DNA from: Octopus vulgaris
Lineage: Eukaryota
Direction of reading: 5' to 3'
Length of the DNA stretch: 64,000 nt
NCBI GenBank assembly: GCA_951406725.2
Contig: OX597833.1
Span: 65,596,001 to 65,660,000, forward strand
The position numbers and the translations under genes were made by a program. Each line of letters begins with the position of its first letter. Position 1 is the stretch's first letter. The notes under the pieces were generated by a model, which saw only the letters and a program-made list of their open reading frames with translations, ran no database searches and had not been told where the DNA came from. Shown here piece by piece: positions 29,273-42,799 of the stretch.

Positions 29273-29670
29273 TCCGTTCTCCTTATAAATATTTGGTTCA
29301 ATTCCAATATAATCAGTCTCTATATTTAATTAAGCAAACCGTGAAACCAAGGAGGTGTTACAACTTATATTGCGAAGAACATAATAACGGCCAATTCTTC
29401 AAAGAATACACACACAAAAATAAAATAGCAAAAAAAAACTAATACAAGTTCAATTGTATGGTGAGAAAAAATACATCAATGTTTTAACTCCCCAGATGAC
29501 ATAACGTTTATTGGCGGGCATCAGAATATCTTGTCAATTAGCTAAGTTCCATCCTGGTTAGACCATAAAAAAACTTTAACTATTACGTAAATAACTCGCT
29601 TGCTTCTTAGGTATCATCACTATAAATAGGTATATAAGTGTATATATGTTTATATGTATGTATGTATATG

Positions 29671-29701
<31 letters not shown>

Positions 29702-30023
29702 ACATAGATATATCTTTTTTTTATTTTATCTAGTATCTTCTGCTTGCTTCAGCTTTGAGACTGCGGCGGCCACGCGATGCTTTTATATTTTTTTTTTTAA
29801 GCCTGGTGTATATTCTATCGGTTTCTTGTGCTGAAACGCTAATCTATGGGGACGTAAACACACCAACACCGGCTGTCATGCGGTGGTGGTAAAAACACAG
29901 GCACAAATAGATAGACAGACACACACACACAGACAGGTAGCTAGCTACATAGATAGATAGACAGTCAGACAGAAAGATAGATATGAAGATAGACAGACAG
30001 ACAGATAGATGGATAGATGGATG

Positions 30024-30090
<67 letters not shown>

Positions 30091-30092
<2 letters not shown>

Positions 30093-30345
30093 GTTTTATT
30101 ATTGGCCACACAGGGCTTCACACAGATGGGACAAGTTACAAGGTAGAGCTTTTCTTTTGGGGGATGAAAAAAACAAAAATAAAAGAAACAAAAAAAAGGT
30201 GGCGTAGGTTTTCGATCAAAAGGGATCGTAAAAGGGAAAAAAAAGAAGAAAAAAGAAAAAAAAAGAAAGAGAAAAAAAGAAGAAAAGGAAAAGGAACAAA
30301 AGAAAAGAGTAATGAAAAAAAGAAGAAAAAAGGGGAAAAAAGGCG
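30091..30345 (-). mobile_element. 3' UTR fragment of the same Tx1-like LINE family, in (GATA)n
   Basis: gccacacagggct.cacacagat..acaa.ttacaaggtagagcttttctttt and ttcgatcaaaagggatcgtaaa match 23425-23560. Confidence 0.8.
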
Positions 30346-30430
<85 letters not shown>

Positions 30431-30796
30431 GGATTATTCCTCAAAGCAGTTTGATTCCTCCCAGTGCAACTTAAAGTGTGGTTGACGCATCAGAGTAACC
30501 AGGCTCGTCAGGTACAGGCAGCTGAATGAAGAGCTTTAGGAAATTCGAGATCGCTGCTGGACCCTTAGAATGTCATTGGTCAAAAGGCGCCACGTCATGT
30601 TGTTCGAATTATAGCGATATCAACTCTATCTGAATTTCTTAGACTACGTGGCTGAGCAGGATTTTGGTGGTGCTTTGCTATCTGACTGGTATGCAAACGA
30701 ACTTCAGCTGCAATGGTAGTCGGCGAGGGCGTGTGTGGGCGTGCTTGTGTGTGTGTGTGTGTATGAGTATATATAAATAAATATATATAAATGTAC

Positions 30797-30835
<39 letters not shown>

Positions 30836-31575
30836 CGTGTCTCTGGGTGTATTGATGTATGTGTTTCTATATGTATATGTATGTTTATTCTCAGACACAT
30901 ACATTCATATTCCTACGTATGTGTGTATCATAAGAGAGATAAAATTTATGAGCTGACGTAATAGATCTACATGAATCATAGTCGCGTTAGTGAAATACTT
31001 ATACACACATACACACACATGTACACACACGTACGTACATACATAAATACATACATACATACATACATATACACAAAGTGAGGCAGCTAGATAGATAGAT
31101 AGATATATCATAGTGATATATAAACAGAATATGATATTAAACAGAATAAGGACCCTCAATCAGCCTATATATATATGTATGTATGTATGTATATGTATGT
31201 ATGTATATGTATCTATATGTATATATATATATACATATGTAGGTATGGATTTATATATATATATGAATATATACATATATATGCATATATACACGCATGT
31301 GGGTGTGTTCGTATGCACACACTCCTAAATATATATATATATAATTTTGTGTGTCTATATATATACGTATATATATATGCGCACATACACACACATACGC
31401 AAACACACACACATATATATATATATACATATATACATATAATTGTATATACATACATATATACACACACATATATATATGCATACATATTTGCACATAG
31501 AAAACACATGCGTGTGTGTATGTTTGTGTGTTTGTGTTTGTGTATGTGTGTGTGTATGTGTGTGTGTGTGTGTGT

Positions 31576-31613
<38 letters not shown>

Positions 31614-31990
31614 AAGACGTGTATGTACAGTATAACAATTAATCGCTGATAGTTCAGACATGTAGAGGAAGTCCAAGTGTCGCCCAAGGCATTATGGGGT
31701 CAGTCGAGCACGAAACAAGTATAGATTATGTTCACCGAGACGAACTAATCCGATATGGTGATTCATTTCACGGAAAACTACGACAACATTTGAATATATT
31801 CTCCGGTCTTAATCGCTATTTCCGAATTAACAATGCCTACAGTCTTCGAAACGATGTCATAATAATCTATGAATCATTATTTGTATATCCTTCCAACCCA
31901 TTGCTTGTTACACTACATGAAATGTCACAAATAGCAACATACCCCCATAAAATGAGAATTGGTTCCTCTTCTCTGTTTTCCATGATTTCT

Positions 31991-32582
31991 TATTTCTTAT
32001 TTCTTTATTGCCCACAAGGGGCTAAACATAGAAGGGACAAACAAGGACAGACAAAGGGATTATGTCGATTATATCGACTCCAGTGCGTAACTGGTACTTA
32101 TTTAATCGACCCCGAAAGAATGGAGGGCAAAGTCGACCTCGGCGGAATTTGAACTCAGAACGTAGCGGCAGACAAAATACCTATTTCTTTATTACCCACA
32201 AGGGACTAAACACAGAGAGGACAAACAAGGAGAGACAAACGGATTAAATTGATTATATCGACCCGAGTGCGTAACTGGTACTTATTTAATCGACCCCGAA
32301 AGGATGAAAAGCAAAGTTGACCTCGGCGGAATTTGAACTCAGAACGTAGCGGCAGACGAAATACGTATTTCTTTACTACCCACAAGGGGCTAAACACAGA
32401 GGGGACAAACAAGGACAGACAAACGGATTAAGTCGATTATATCGACCCGAGTGCGTAACTGCTCCTTAATTTATCGACCCCGAAAGGATCAAAGGCAAAG
32501 TCGACCTCGGCGGAATTTGAATTCAGAACGTAGGGACAGATGAAATACCGTGCTAACGTTTCTGGCAGTTTGCCACTTTGTG
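31991..32582 (-). mobile_element. SINE family B head-to-tail trimer with 13-bp TSD
   Basis: Three ~184-bp units and one head. ttccatgatttct occurs at 31978-31990 and 32583-32595. Confidence 0.9.
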
Positions 32583-33655
32583 TTCCATGATTTCTAACGT
32601 CACAAATCGTGGGCCTCTAACCTTTGCTGTTTCTGCTCAGCTTAGATTTTTAGACCGGTCTTTCTGTAACCATCTGGTAAGGACTTTATCTCCCCGGGCT
32701 ACTTCTTCCATTCATTTACTCTTATAAGCAAAGTCTATATCAGCGACAGAGGCAGTGTTAATACACAGAGAGGTAATATTTATTTCCACTTAAACACTGA
32801 TGTTCTGTTAGAGCAAATTATACAGCGCTAGATGCCATGACAAACACTCATATTGTTCTTTTGGTACAAAGTGTCTCTTGTTTATATCACTAGCAGGGGA
32901 GATAAATCTCCTCTACCTCCAGCACCGCAACTATCAGATCACGTCATTTCGAACTTGTGTGATCTTGTCAGTGATGGGCACCCAACTGCTAGGAGCAGCT
33001 GCGATTCATCTCACCGACAGCGATATATACATTGACAGTGGCAGAACAGGTGCTCCATGTAGCCGGGATTTCTCTCCCCGCTTGCGATATAAACAAGGAT
33101 GTATTTTTCTCCAAAATATACCAGTATCAGAGTTTTGTCTGATGGTATTTACTGCAGCATGTTTCATTAAAACATCGTGGGTGTTCTAATCAAACATCCA
33201 CAATTAGATGCAGATCAATATTGCCTCCCGGTATAAGCAATGTGTTCAAGATTTTTTTCTTTCTTGTTCGATATCCAATCGTTTTACCATCGTAAGGATA
33301 AAAAATAAACACGTTAGATATTGCAGCCACAGATACGCTTACTGGGTAAAACAAAATATAAATAAACATGAATTAGCTATTATTGAAAGGCAGTTGGTCT
33401 TATGTTTACAAAATCAGATCTGACCCACTGCTAAAAGCAGCATCTTGTGAATTACAAAGCAACAACAGCGTACTCGCTGGCAGAATTGTTAGCACACCGG
33501 GAAAAATTATTAGCTGTATTTTGTCCGTCCTTACGGTCTGAGTTCAAATTCCGTCGAGGTCGACTTTCCCTTTCATCCTTTCGAAGCTTCGATTAAATAA
33601 GTATCAGTTATACACTCGGGTCGACGTAATCCCTTCCCCCAAATTTGAAGCCTCT

Positions 33656-33990
33656 TGTGCGCGACATGGTGATCTCATATCAAGATAAACAGCACATGAC
33701 CTTGCAGGTGGGGCCCAGTTAGAGTTTTCTTCAGGTTGAGTAGCCCATCCCACTCAAAAGGTCCCTGAATAAGGGTTGTTTAAAGATGTTGAAAGAACCA
33801 CCCCTGTTTCCAGAGGTGAATTATTCAAACCCCAAAGAATCCCTCTATGATGCTCCCCCACTCCTTCTGCTCGTGATCAGAGATGCACTTATTGTCAGCC
33901 ACTAAGGGACATGCCCAACTGGTTAAGGTCAAACAACTGACAAGCAAATCTGTGGTATTGAGCAGAATATTTGCTGTAGCCCATCTTTAT
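33656..33990. mobile_element. Internal fragment of the (TAA)n-associated element at 36198-36885
   Basis: Near-identical to 36316-36663. Confidence 0.85.
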
Positions 33991-34093
33991 TATTGCTAGA
34001 GGCGGTACCATGGCCAATGAGGTAAATCCGAGGCGTGGTTATTGCTAGTTGAAATTATTATTATCATTATTATTATTGTTGTTGTTGTTGTTG

Positions 34094-34200
<107 letters not shown>

Positions 34201-34478
34201 TTCATTGCTATTATCGTTATTATCATTGCCGTCGTCTCCATGATGATGATGTTGTTGACATGGTTAGTTACGTCATTCTGTTTCATACTTCGAAAGTATA
34301 CACATGCAGAAATCTGTATATGTGTGTGTCGATGTGTGCATTCCTGTTATGTGTGTATACATAAATATAAACATACACAGACACACACACAAACATACAC
34401 ACACTCATACATATAACTATTATGTATTGATATCTTTCTATATGCATATGAATAGATGCATTTGGATATATAAATATG

Positions 34479-34545
<67 letters not shown>

Positions 34546-34572
34546 ATATATAAAAGTGAGTGTACATGTGTT

Positions 34573-34638
<66 letters not shown>

Positions 34639-34700
34639 CATATATAGATTCATATATAAAGAGAGACATATGCATATAGATATATATATATATATGTGTG

Positions 34701-34731
<31 letters not shown>

Positions 34732-34761
34732 AAGCATATATATATATGTATATATATATAT

Positions 34762-34808
<47 letters not shown>

Positions 34809-35633
34809 GTGTGTGTGTAGGTATGCATATATATATGTGTATGTATGTATATATATGTGTGTGTTGATAGATATATAATTATTTATGTACGTTTGCGTGG
34901 ATTTGTGTATCGAGTCATCTTATCTATGTACGTATATACACTCACGGGTAAGCTGAGTTTAGCAGAGCTTGCGTGATGAACAAATATCACCAATACTTTC
35001 CATCAAAGTACTTTGATAATTTATTGATGCCGTCCTCGGAAAGTTACAAACTTCTAACAGAATTGAAGTCACGATTTAATTTTAGAAAAAGAGAAAGAAT
35101 ACAGTTTATTTCGCATCAGTTTTAGAACAATATTTCCTTTTCACGTTTCTTTTATACGTTCATTGAATCTATTTTCTAATATAAACATACATAACATAAC
35201 ACAACATGGCGTCCAGCAGTTTTCTTGGTTAACTTTTGACCTCATGATAGACTACTGTCTCTGTTCCAACTCTATATATTATATTTATGCTTGTACGTAC
35301 GTACGAGCGTAGGTATGAACGTATATATGTATCTATGTATGCATGTAAATGTGTTTGTATGTATATATGTAAGTGTTGCTATGTAAATATGTATCTGGTT
35401 CCTGTGTATGCCTGTGTATGTGTGTATTTACGCATGTAGGTATATTTGGATATACGTATATACTTATACATGCATGCGTGTCTGAATGCAGGGTAGCTAG
35501 GCTTGTGTATATAGCAACTCAAAGCAAGATACAGAATGATAAACATCATATACTCATATGAATGTGTATTAATATATATACATACATACATACATATGCA
35601 CATATGAATATGAATATATACACACACAAATAA

Positions 35634-35685
<52 letters not shown>

Positions 35686-35687
<2 letters not shown>

Positions 35688-35830
35688 TGGAGGAGGTGGT
35701 GAAAAGTTCCTGGCTTTAAAGTTTTCGCGAGAAGCCTGCTTCGAGACCCAACCTTCCGAGTTCTTTTACAGTGCTTAGAAAAGCTAATGGATGCTGCAAT
35801 AAATGCGGGAATCTGAGAGGAGGATATGAT
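35686..35830 (+). mobile_element. Mariner-derived MITE remnant
   Basis: TIR-like gtggtgaaaagttcctggcttta, followed by a degenerate transposase end (LRKL..CNKC.NLRG.Y). Confidence 0.45.
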
Positions 35831-35844
35831 TTTTTTATTTTGAT

Positions 35845-35895
35845 TTTTCCAGTTTCAGCTAATGAGCTGTGGCCATGCTGGGGCACCGCCATTTA
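35845..35895 (-). mobile_element. CR1-like LINE extreme 3' end
   Basis: The reverse complement aaatggcggtgccccagcatggccacagctcattagctgaaactgga matches 40134-40180. Confidence 0.85.
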
Positions 35896-35929
35896 TATAG
35901 AGTCAACATTAACAGAATCCTTTCTATAT

Positions 35930-36112
35930 TTTCGAGCACCTTCCGGAGTATTCGAGTGGTTTCAAGCAGTGCTGTTTTCTGCAAGTGCTCCACCCTTATT
36001 GCAGTCCCTATTTGTTCCACGTGCTTCTCAAGATTTTTGCTCGCTGTTCCCAGGGCTCCGACAATTATTGGTACCACCGCTACCTTTTTCATCGACCACA
36101 ACTGCTTAACTT
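35930..36112 (-). pseudogene. R4/Dong-like RLE-domain C-terminal fragment
   Basis: VKQLWSMKKVAVVPIIVGALG..LEKHVEQIG..EHLQKTALLETTRILRKVLE. The 5' side abuts (TAA)n. Confidence 0.8.
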
Positions 36113-36130
36113 CATTATTATTATTTTTAA

Positions 36131-36197
<67 letters not shown>

Positions 36198-36885
36198 GAG
36201 TGAGAGAGCAGTTCATGCCATCAAAGTGACACTGGGGTAAAATATACGAAGCCCAGTATACCCATCATGACTACCCGTCTGATAAAGGTACACCAGGCAC
36301 ATGCATCACAACCATATGTGCGCGACATGGTGATCTCATATCAAGATAAACAGCACATGATCTTGCAGGTGGGGCCCAGTTAGAATTTTCTTCAGGTTGA
36401 GTAGCCCATCCCGCTCAAACGGTCCCTGAATAAGGGTTGTTTAAGGATGTTGAAAGAACCACCCATGTTTCCAGAGGTGAACTATTCAAACCCCAAAGAA
36501 TCCCTCTCAACACATGGCTATGATGCTCCCCCACTACTTCTGCTCGTGATCAGAGATGCACATATCGTCAGCCACTAAGGGACATGTTCAACTGGTTAAG
36601 GTCAAACAACTGACAAGCAAATCTGTGGTATTGAGCAGAATATTTGCTGTAGCCCATCTTTTATACCAAGACAAAACAATGTACATGATAACACTTCCAA
36701 TCAGTTAAGATCAGAAGCCATGAGAGCCACTGCCTGGTACTGCATCAGGGCATTCTGTGGTATTGAGCAGAATATTTGCTGTAGCCCATCTTTTATACCA
36801 AGACAAAACAATGTACATGATAACAATTCCAATCAGTTAAGATCAGAAGCCATGAGAGCCACTGCCTGGTACTGCATCAGGGCAT
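36198..36885. mobile_element. Non-coding element flanked by (TTA)n, with 132-bp terminal tandem duplication
   Basis: 36622-36753 is repeated at 36754-36885. A second copy lies at 33656-33990. There is no credible ORF. Confidence 0.75.
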
Positions 36886-37062
36886 TTATTATTATTATTA
36901 TTGTTATTGTTATTATTATTGTTATTGTTATTAATATATAAAGGATTATATGTTGAATAAATTTATAATTAATTCATTCTCCTGCGTTTTCTTTTGCCCA
37001 AGATTCCGAGTTCGATTCCAGGCAGTGACCTGAATAATAATAATAATAACAACAACAACAAC

Positions 37063-37133
<71 letters not shown>

Positions 37134-37254
37134 CAACAACAATGTAAATATAAATGGTGTCTTACATTTTCTCCATGATAAAGTTCTCAAAGCATTAGCT
37201 TATATTCTTCACATACATACATACATACATTCATACATACATACATACATACAT

Positions 37255-37404
37255 AGGTGCAGTTGTGGTTGTGTGGTACGACGCTTGCTTCCCAACCATA
37301 TGGTTCACGGTTCAGTCCCACAACATGGCAGCGTGGGTGAGTGTCTTCAACTATAGCCTCGAGTTCACCAGTGCCTTCTGAGTGAATTTGGTACAGGGTT
37401 ACAC

Positions 37405-37435
<31 letters not shown>

Positions 37436-37612
37436 TGTATGTATGTATGTATGTATGTATGTGTGGGCGCCTGTTTATCATGATGGTTTGTTATGACGAC
37501 CCATGATGATGTGTTTATGTAACTTAGTGGTTCGGCAAAATAGACCTATAGAATACATACTAGGCTTACAAAGAATAACCTGGACTCGAATTGTCCGACT
37601 AACACCCCTGAA
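37255..37612 (+). mobile_element. SINE family A, diverged
   Basis: Head, core and partial tail are recognisable. Confidence 0.7.
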
Positions 37613-37659
37613 GGTCTTTGTATATTTTTGTTGGTCATAATTCTTCATACGAGTATGTA

Positions 37660-37749
37660 ATTCCTGACGAAGAATCTAATTTTTATTTCATGAAGAGCTT
37701 TTCGTTTTTGTCTTTGGAATTTCTTAGATTCCAAAACAATTTGTAGAAT
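37660..37749 (+). ncRNA. Degenerate hammerhead ribozyme motif with long stem II
   Basis: ATTC-CTGACGA-AGAATCTAA..TTAGATTC-C-AAAAC-AATTT-GTA-GAAT. The catalytic G12 is replaced by A. Confidence 0.5.
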
Positions 37750-37818
37750 GTATATTGGTTCTATACCAACCTGGAATATGAATTAAAGATCGTCTACACC
37801 TACAGTGTTTCCTTTCCT

Positions 37819-38164
<346 letters not shown>

Positions 38165-38169
38165 TATAT

Positions 38170-40200
38170 ATATAAAAAAAAAAAAAAATGTCTGCAACTC
38201 TCCCATGAAAAAGAAAGAGCAGACAAAGAAGCCTGGGCTATAGAAAACATAAAATCTAACCCCAGAGCTTTCTACAGGTATGCCAAAGAAACAGCTACAG
38301 TGCACTGTAGAATAGGGCCACTCCTCGAAAAGGATGGCACACTTACAGGAAAACCAATGAGGGTAAGTGAAATACTGAATGAGCAATTCAATAGTGTTTT
38401 CACTCCACCCCTTGGGCATCTCCAAATCACCAATCCAACTGACTTTTTTACCACTGCAGATATAAAATCAGAGGCGGCGACGATAGATTACATCGATATA
38501 AAGGAAGACGATGTAACCAAGGCTATAGATGAAATGAAAACAGACTCAGCTCTTGGCCCCGATGGATTCCCGGCAATCCTCCTAAAAGTATGTAAGAGAG
38601 TCTTAGCAAGACCACTGCAGTTCCTCTTTCAGAGCTTCCTTGCAGCTGGCAAACTTCCAAGAAAACTGAAGGAAGGTAAAATATGCCCTATTCATAAAGG
38701 AGGTAGCAGAGCGGAGGCCAAGAACTACAGACCTATCTCTCTGACCTCACACATCAGCAAGGTCATGGAACGAATAGTCAGAAGGAAACTAATCACCTTC
38801 CTTGAAGAAAATGACTTGCTGCCTGACACCCAACATGGTTTCCGACCAGGAAGAAGCTGCTTAACTCAGCTCCTGCAGCACTATGACTGGGTGCTGAAAC
38901 AACTGCTCAACCACTCAAATGTGGAAGTCATATATCTCGACTTCGCAAAGGCCTTCGATAAAGTCGATCATGGAATGATATGTCACAAACTGCGTGATCT
39001 TGGCATAGTTGGAAAACTAGGAGAATGGCTTCACGACTTTCTGAAGAATAGAAGTCAGGTGGTAGTAGCCAATGGGGCCACTTCCATTAGCACGCAAATA
39101 GTGAGCGGTGTTCCACAGGGCACTGTTTTGGGACCACTACTGTTCATAATGGCCCTCTCAGACATGCCCTCAGCCACGCGGAGAGCCACGATCACAAGTT
39201 ATGCAGATGATACAAAAGTTTCACAGGCAATACAGAACCCTGAAGACACTAGGCACCTGCAATATGAGCTGGACGAAATATACAAGTGGGCTGAAAAGAA
39301 TAGCATGCAGTTCAATGCTGAAAAGTTTCAAGCTTTATACTATCAGCATGCAAAACTGAATGCAATACCCAAGGAATACACTGGACCCGGAGGGATTGCA
39401 ATCCCAGAGGCACAATCAGTGCGTGACCTGGGTATTCACATGAGTGATGACGCGACCTTTCATGTACATGTTGCTAAACTGACAGTGAAATGCAGACGGC
39501 TGGCTGGATGGATTCTTAGAACCTTTAGAACAAGAGAACAAGAAACCATGATGGTCCTCTGGAAGACACTTGTCCTAAGTCACTTTGACTATTGCTCTCA
39601 GCTATGGTCACCATCCAGTGTCAAGTTGATCACAGAACTTGAGGCGATCCAACGAAGCTACACGAAGAAGATAGCCTCTATGCAGAATGTAAGCTACTGG
39701 GAAAGACTCAAGAGATTAAAATTATATTCCCTGGAGCGTAGGCGGGAAAGATATGCCATAATATACATCTGGAAGATCCTGGAGGGAAGTGTCCTGAACT
39801 TTGGCATCGAGAGTTACGCAAACGCCAGAACTGGGCGCCACTGCGTGGTGCCTAGGACTCCAAACTTGCCATCAAGATGTAGGACAAGATTCTGTGATAG
39901 CCTGGGCTTCCGAGGCCCACAGCTCTTCAATATCCTCCCGATGAACCTGAGTGACCTGCATGGGGTGGATACAGATGTCTTTAAAATGGAGCTGGATCTC
40001 TTCCTGTCAGGTGTCCCAGATGAACCAACTTCACGGCAGGAGGGGCAGATGAGGGCAGCTGCATCGAACTCTCTCATGCACCAAATAGCAGTTGCTAGAA
40101 AGCCTCCATGAAGTGAAACCAAGTAGCAACACCAAATGGCGGTGCCCCAGCATGGCCACAGCTCATAAGCTGAAACTGGAATCAATCAATCAATCAATCA

Positions 40201-40204
<4 letters not shown>
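38170..40204 (+). mobile_element. 5'-truncated CR1/L2-group LINE with (AATC)n tail
   Basis: RT ORF, short 3' UTR with a stem-loop, (AATC)n at 40180-40204, and (TA)n flanks. Confidence 0.92.
38188..40111 (+). CDS. LINE ORF2 reverse transcriptase (N-terminal endonuclease missing)
   Basis: GPDG, NYRPISLTS, QHGFRPGRSC, YLDFAKAFDKVDH, SGVPQGTVLGPLLF, YADD, DLG and LERRR motifs. The frame is open upstream of the listed 38300 start (..IKSNPRAFYRY..) with no genuine start codon. Confidence 0.9.
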
Positions 40205-40263
<59 letters not shown>

Positions 40264-40701
40264 ATATGTATGTATGTACTATGTATGTGTCTATATATAT
40301 GCATCTATATATATATTTTTTTTTTAAATAGAAAATTACCCTTTAACAGGTAATTTTTACATGCTAGAAATAGCAGCCAACAAGGCCAAAACCACAATTT
40401 AATAGCAAATTTCGAAGTAAATGAAAAATAAAAACCTTTACCTTGTTATTTAACGGTTATACCATGGTTTCGAATTTCTTTAGAAAATAATATTACTTGC
40501 CATCCTTTAATAGATCATTTAGCAAGACAATATTACCCACCAGGCGAATTCTCGTCAGTAACCGGCCTCAGTAACTAACTTATAATTCAGAGACAAGATA
40601 ACACGATTTTTTTAATTTTTTAACACTTTTTTAGGGTATGAAACAAAGATTCAGGTACCCTTCCCATTGAGTTACTGGGTACATTAATGATGGATATCCC
40701 C

Positions 40702-41060
40702 TTTACTCTTTTACTTTTTTATCTGTTTCAGTCATTTGACTGCGGCCATGCTGGAGCACCGCCTTTAGTCGAGCAAATCGACCCCAGGACTTATTCTTTT
40801 TAAGCCTAGTACTTATTCTATCGGTCTCTTTACCTGAACAGCTATGTTACAGAGACGTAAACACACCAGCATCGGTTGTCAAGCGATGTTGGGGGGACAT
40901 CGATGTGACAGTTTCCATCTACCAAATCCACTCACAAGGTTTTGGTTGGCCCGAGGCTATATAGAAGACACTTGCCCAAGGTGCCACGCAGTGGGAATGA
41001 ACCCGGAACCACGTGGTTAGTAAGCAAGCTTCTTACCACACAGCCACTCCTGCGCCTATA
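40702..41060 (-). mobile_element. SINE family A lacking the internal microsatellite
   Basis: Reverse complement of the family A consensus. Confidence 0.85.
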
Positions 41061-41093
41061 GAGGAAATGGTAGAAAGAATGAGTGTTACAGAT

Positions 41094-41193
41094 AGTCTAA
41101 CATCAATATCTGTTCTGTAGATTTATGTTTGGTAAACAGGAAGAACATTCTTCGCCAAATGCAAATCTAGAGAACAGACATTGATGTTAGACT
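41094..41193. repeat. 100-nt imperfect hairpin (~40-bp stem)
   Basis: agtctaacatcaat.tctgttct.tagattt / aaatcta.agaacaga.attgatgttagact. Confidence 0.85.
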
Positions 41194-41577
41194 GAGCGAC
41201 CGGTTATAATACTGGGTCTTCGAGTGACAACAAGAATTGAACTCACGGCAGGATAAGGAACAATTTCTCAGAGCTTCAGTGCCAAATGATTCGACAAGGC
41301 AGCCTTTGCGCGATCGCTCGATCCCTTAAAATGATATAGTAGTCACATCTTCCTTAAATCACACGATGCTGCCTCGAAAATAGAAATAACCGTATTGCAA
41401 ATAAGCTAACCGGGTGGATCGTCTCAGTTGGAACGTCTATTATCAGATTTATTCATTTCCGATTTACCGAACAAGAACATAAGCCACGACAATAACAAAA
41501 TTAACATGAGTCAGTCTCCAGTTATTCTCACTTCGTACTGCCTATGTCTATCTAGGTGTACGTGGCTCTTTCAGTGT

Positions 41578-41816
41578 TACTCTTCTACTCTTTTACTCTT
41601 TTACTTGTTTCAGTCAATTGACTGTGGCCATTCTGGAGCGCCGCCTTTTAGTCTAGCATATAGACCCCAGGACTTATTCTTTGTAAGCCTAGTACTTATT
41701 GCCGAACTGCTAGGTTACCGGGACGTAAATACACCAGCAACGGTTGTCAAGTGATTTTGGGGGACAAACACAGACACACGAACACAAACACACACACACA
41801 CACACACGCACACACG

Positions 41817-41867
<51 letters not shown>

Positions 41868-42040
41868 ACATATATACGTCGGGCTTCTTTCAGTTTCCGT
41901 CTACCAAATCCACTCACAAGGCTTTGGTCGGCTCGAGGCTATAGTAGAAGACACTTGCTCAAGGTGCCACGCGGTGGGACTGAACCCGGAACCATGTAGT
42001 TCGCAAGCAAGCTACTTACTACACAGCCACTCCTACGACT
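41578..42040 (-). mobile_element. SINE family A
   Basis: Reverse complement of the family A consensus, with internal (CA)/(TA)n. Confidence 0.85.
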
Positions 42041-42239
42041 ATGTTATGTATCCTGACCACAGAGGACACAATGTACTATTGCTACCACAAAACACACCAT
42101 CCGAATCTGTCCCCATCCACACGTCAAGGTCGCTTTTATTCCGTTAGATTTTTTTTATCAACCGACAAAGACGGCGAGTATTTAGATGAATGCAGAAAGA
42201 CAGAGGGTTTGTCCAGTCAATCTTTAGGGTGAATTAAGG

Positions 42240-42644
42240 GAGATCAAGGAAGAATGAGTGTCGGAGGGAGTGACAGAGAGAGAGAGGAGCAAAATGAACA
42301 AGTGACAGATAAAGAGAGAGAGAGAGTGTGTGTGAAAGGTAAAGAAATTGGGGGAGGGTAAGAGAGGCGATGAGGTAAGGAGAAAACTTTAGAGAGAGAA
42401 GCGTGAAGAATGTGTGAGACAGAGAGAGGGGGGAGAATGAAGAATGGAGTGAGAGAAAGGGGAGAGGGAGAGGGAGCGGGGACGAAATGAATTAGAGAGA
42501 GAAGATTATAAAGGAAGAATAGAATAGAGGAAGCGAAGGGAGATAAAAGAAAGATGGTATTTGAGAGAGAGAGAAAGACAGAGAGACAGAGAGACAGAGA
42601 GACAGGGAGACAGAGACAGGGAGACAGAAAGAAGGAGAAGAAGA

Positions 42645-42688
<44 letters not shown>

Positions 42689-42716
42689 AAGTAGAAGCAG
42701 CAGCAGCAGCAGCAGT

Positions 42717-42799
<83 letters not shown>

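Noticed and set aside
31694-32152. 152-aa ORF
   Set aside because: Its C-terminal third is SINE B sequence, and the remainder has no recognisable motif.
36730-36753. Short resemblance to the U2 snRNA 3' stem-loop (cctggtactgca)
   Set aside because: Only a ~12-nt match, with no branch-site recognition or Sm-site sequence nearby.
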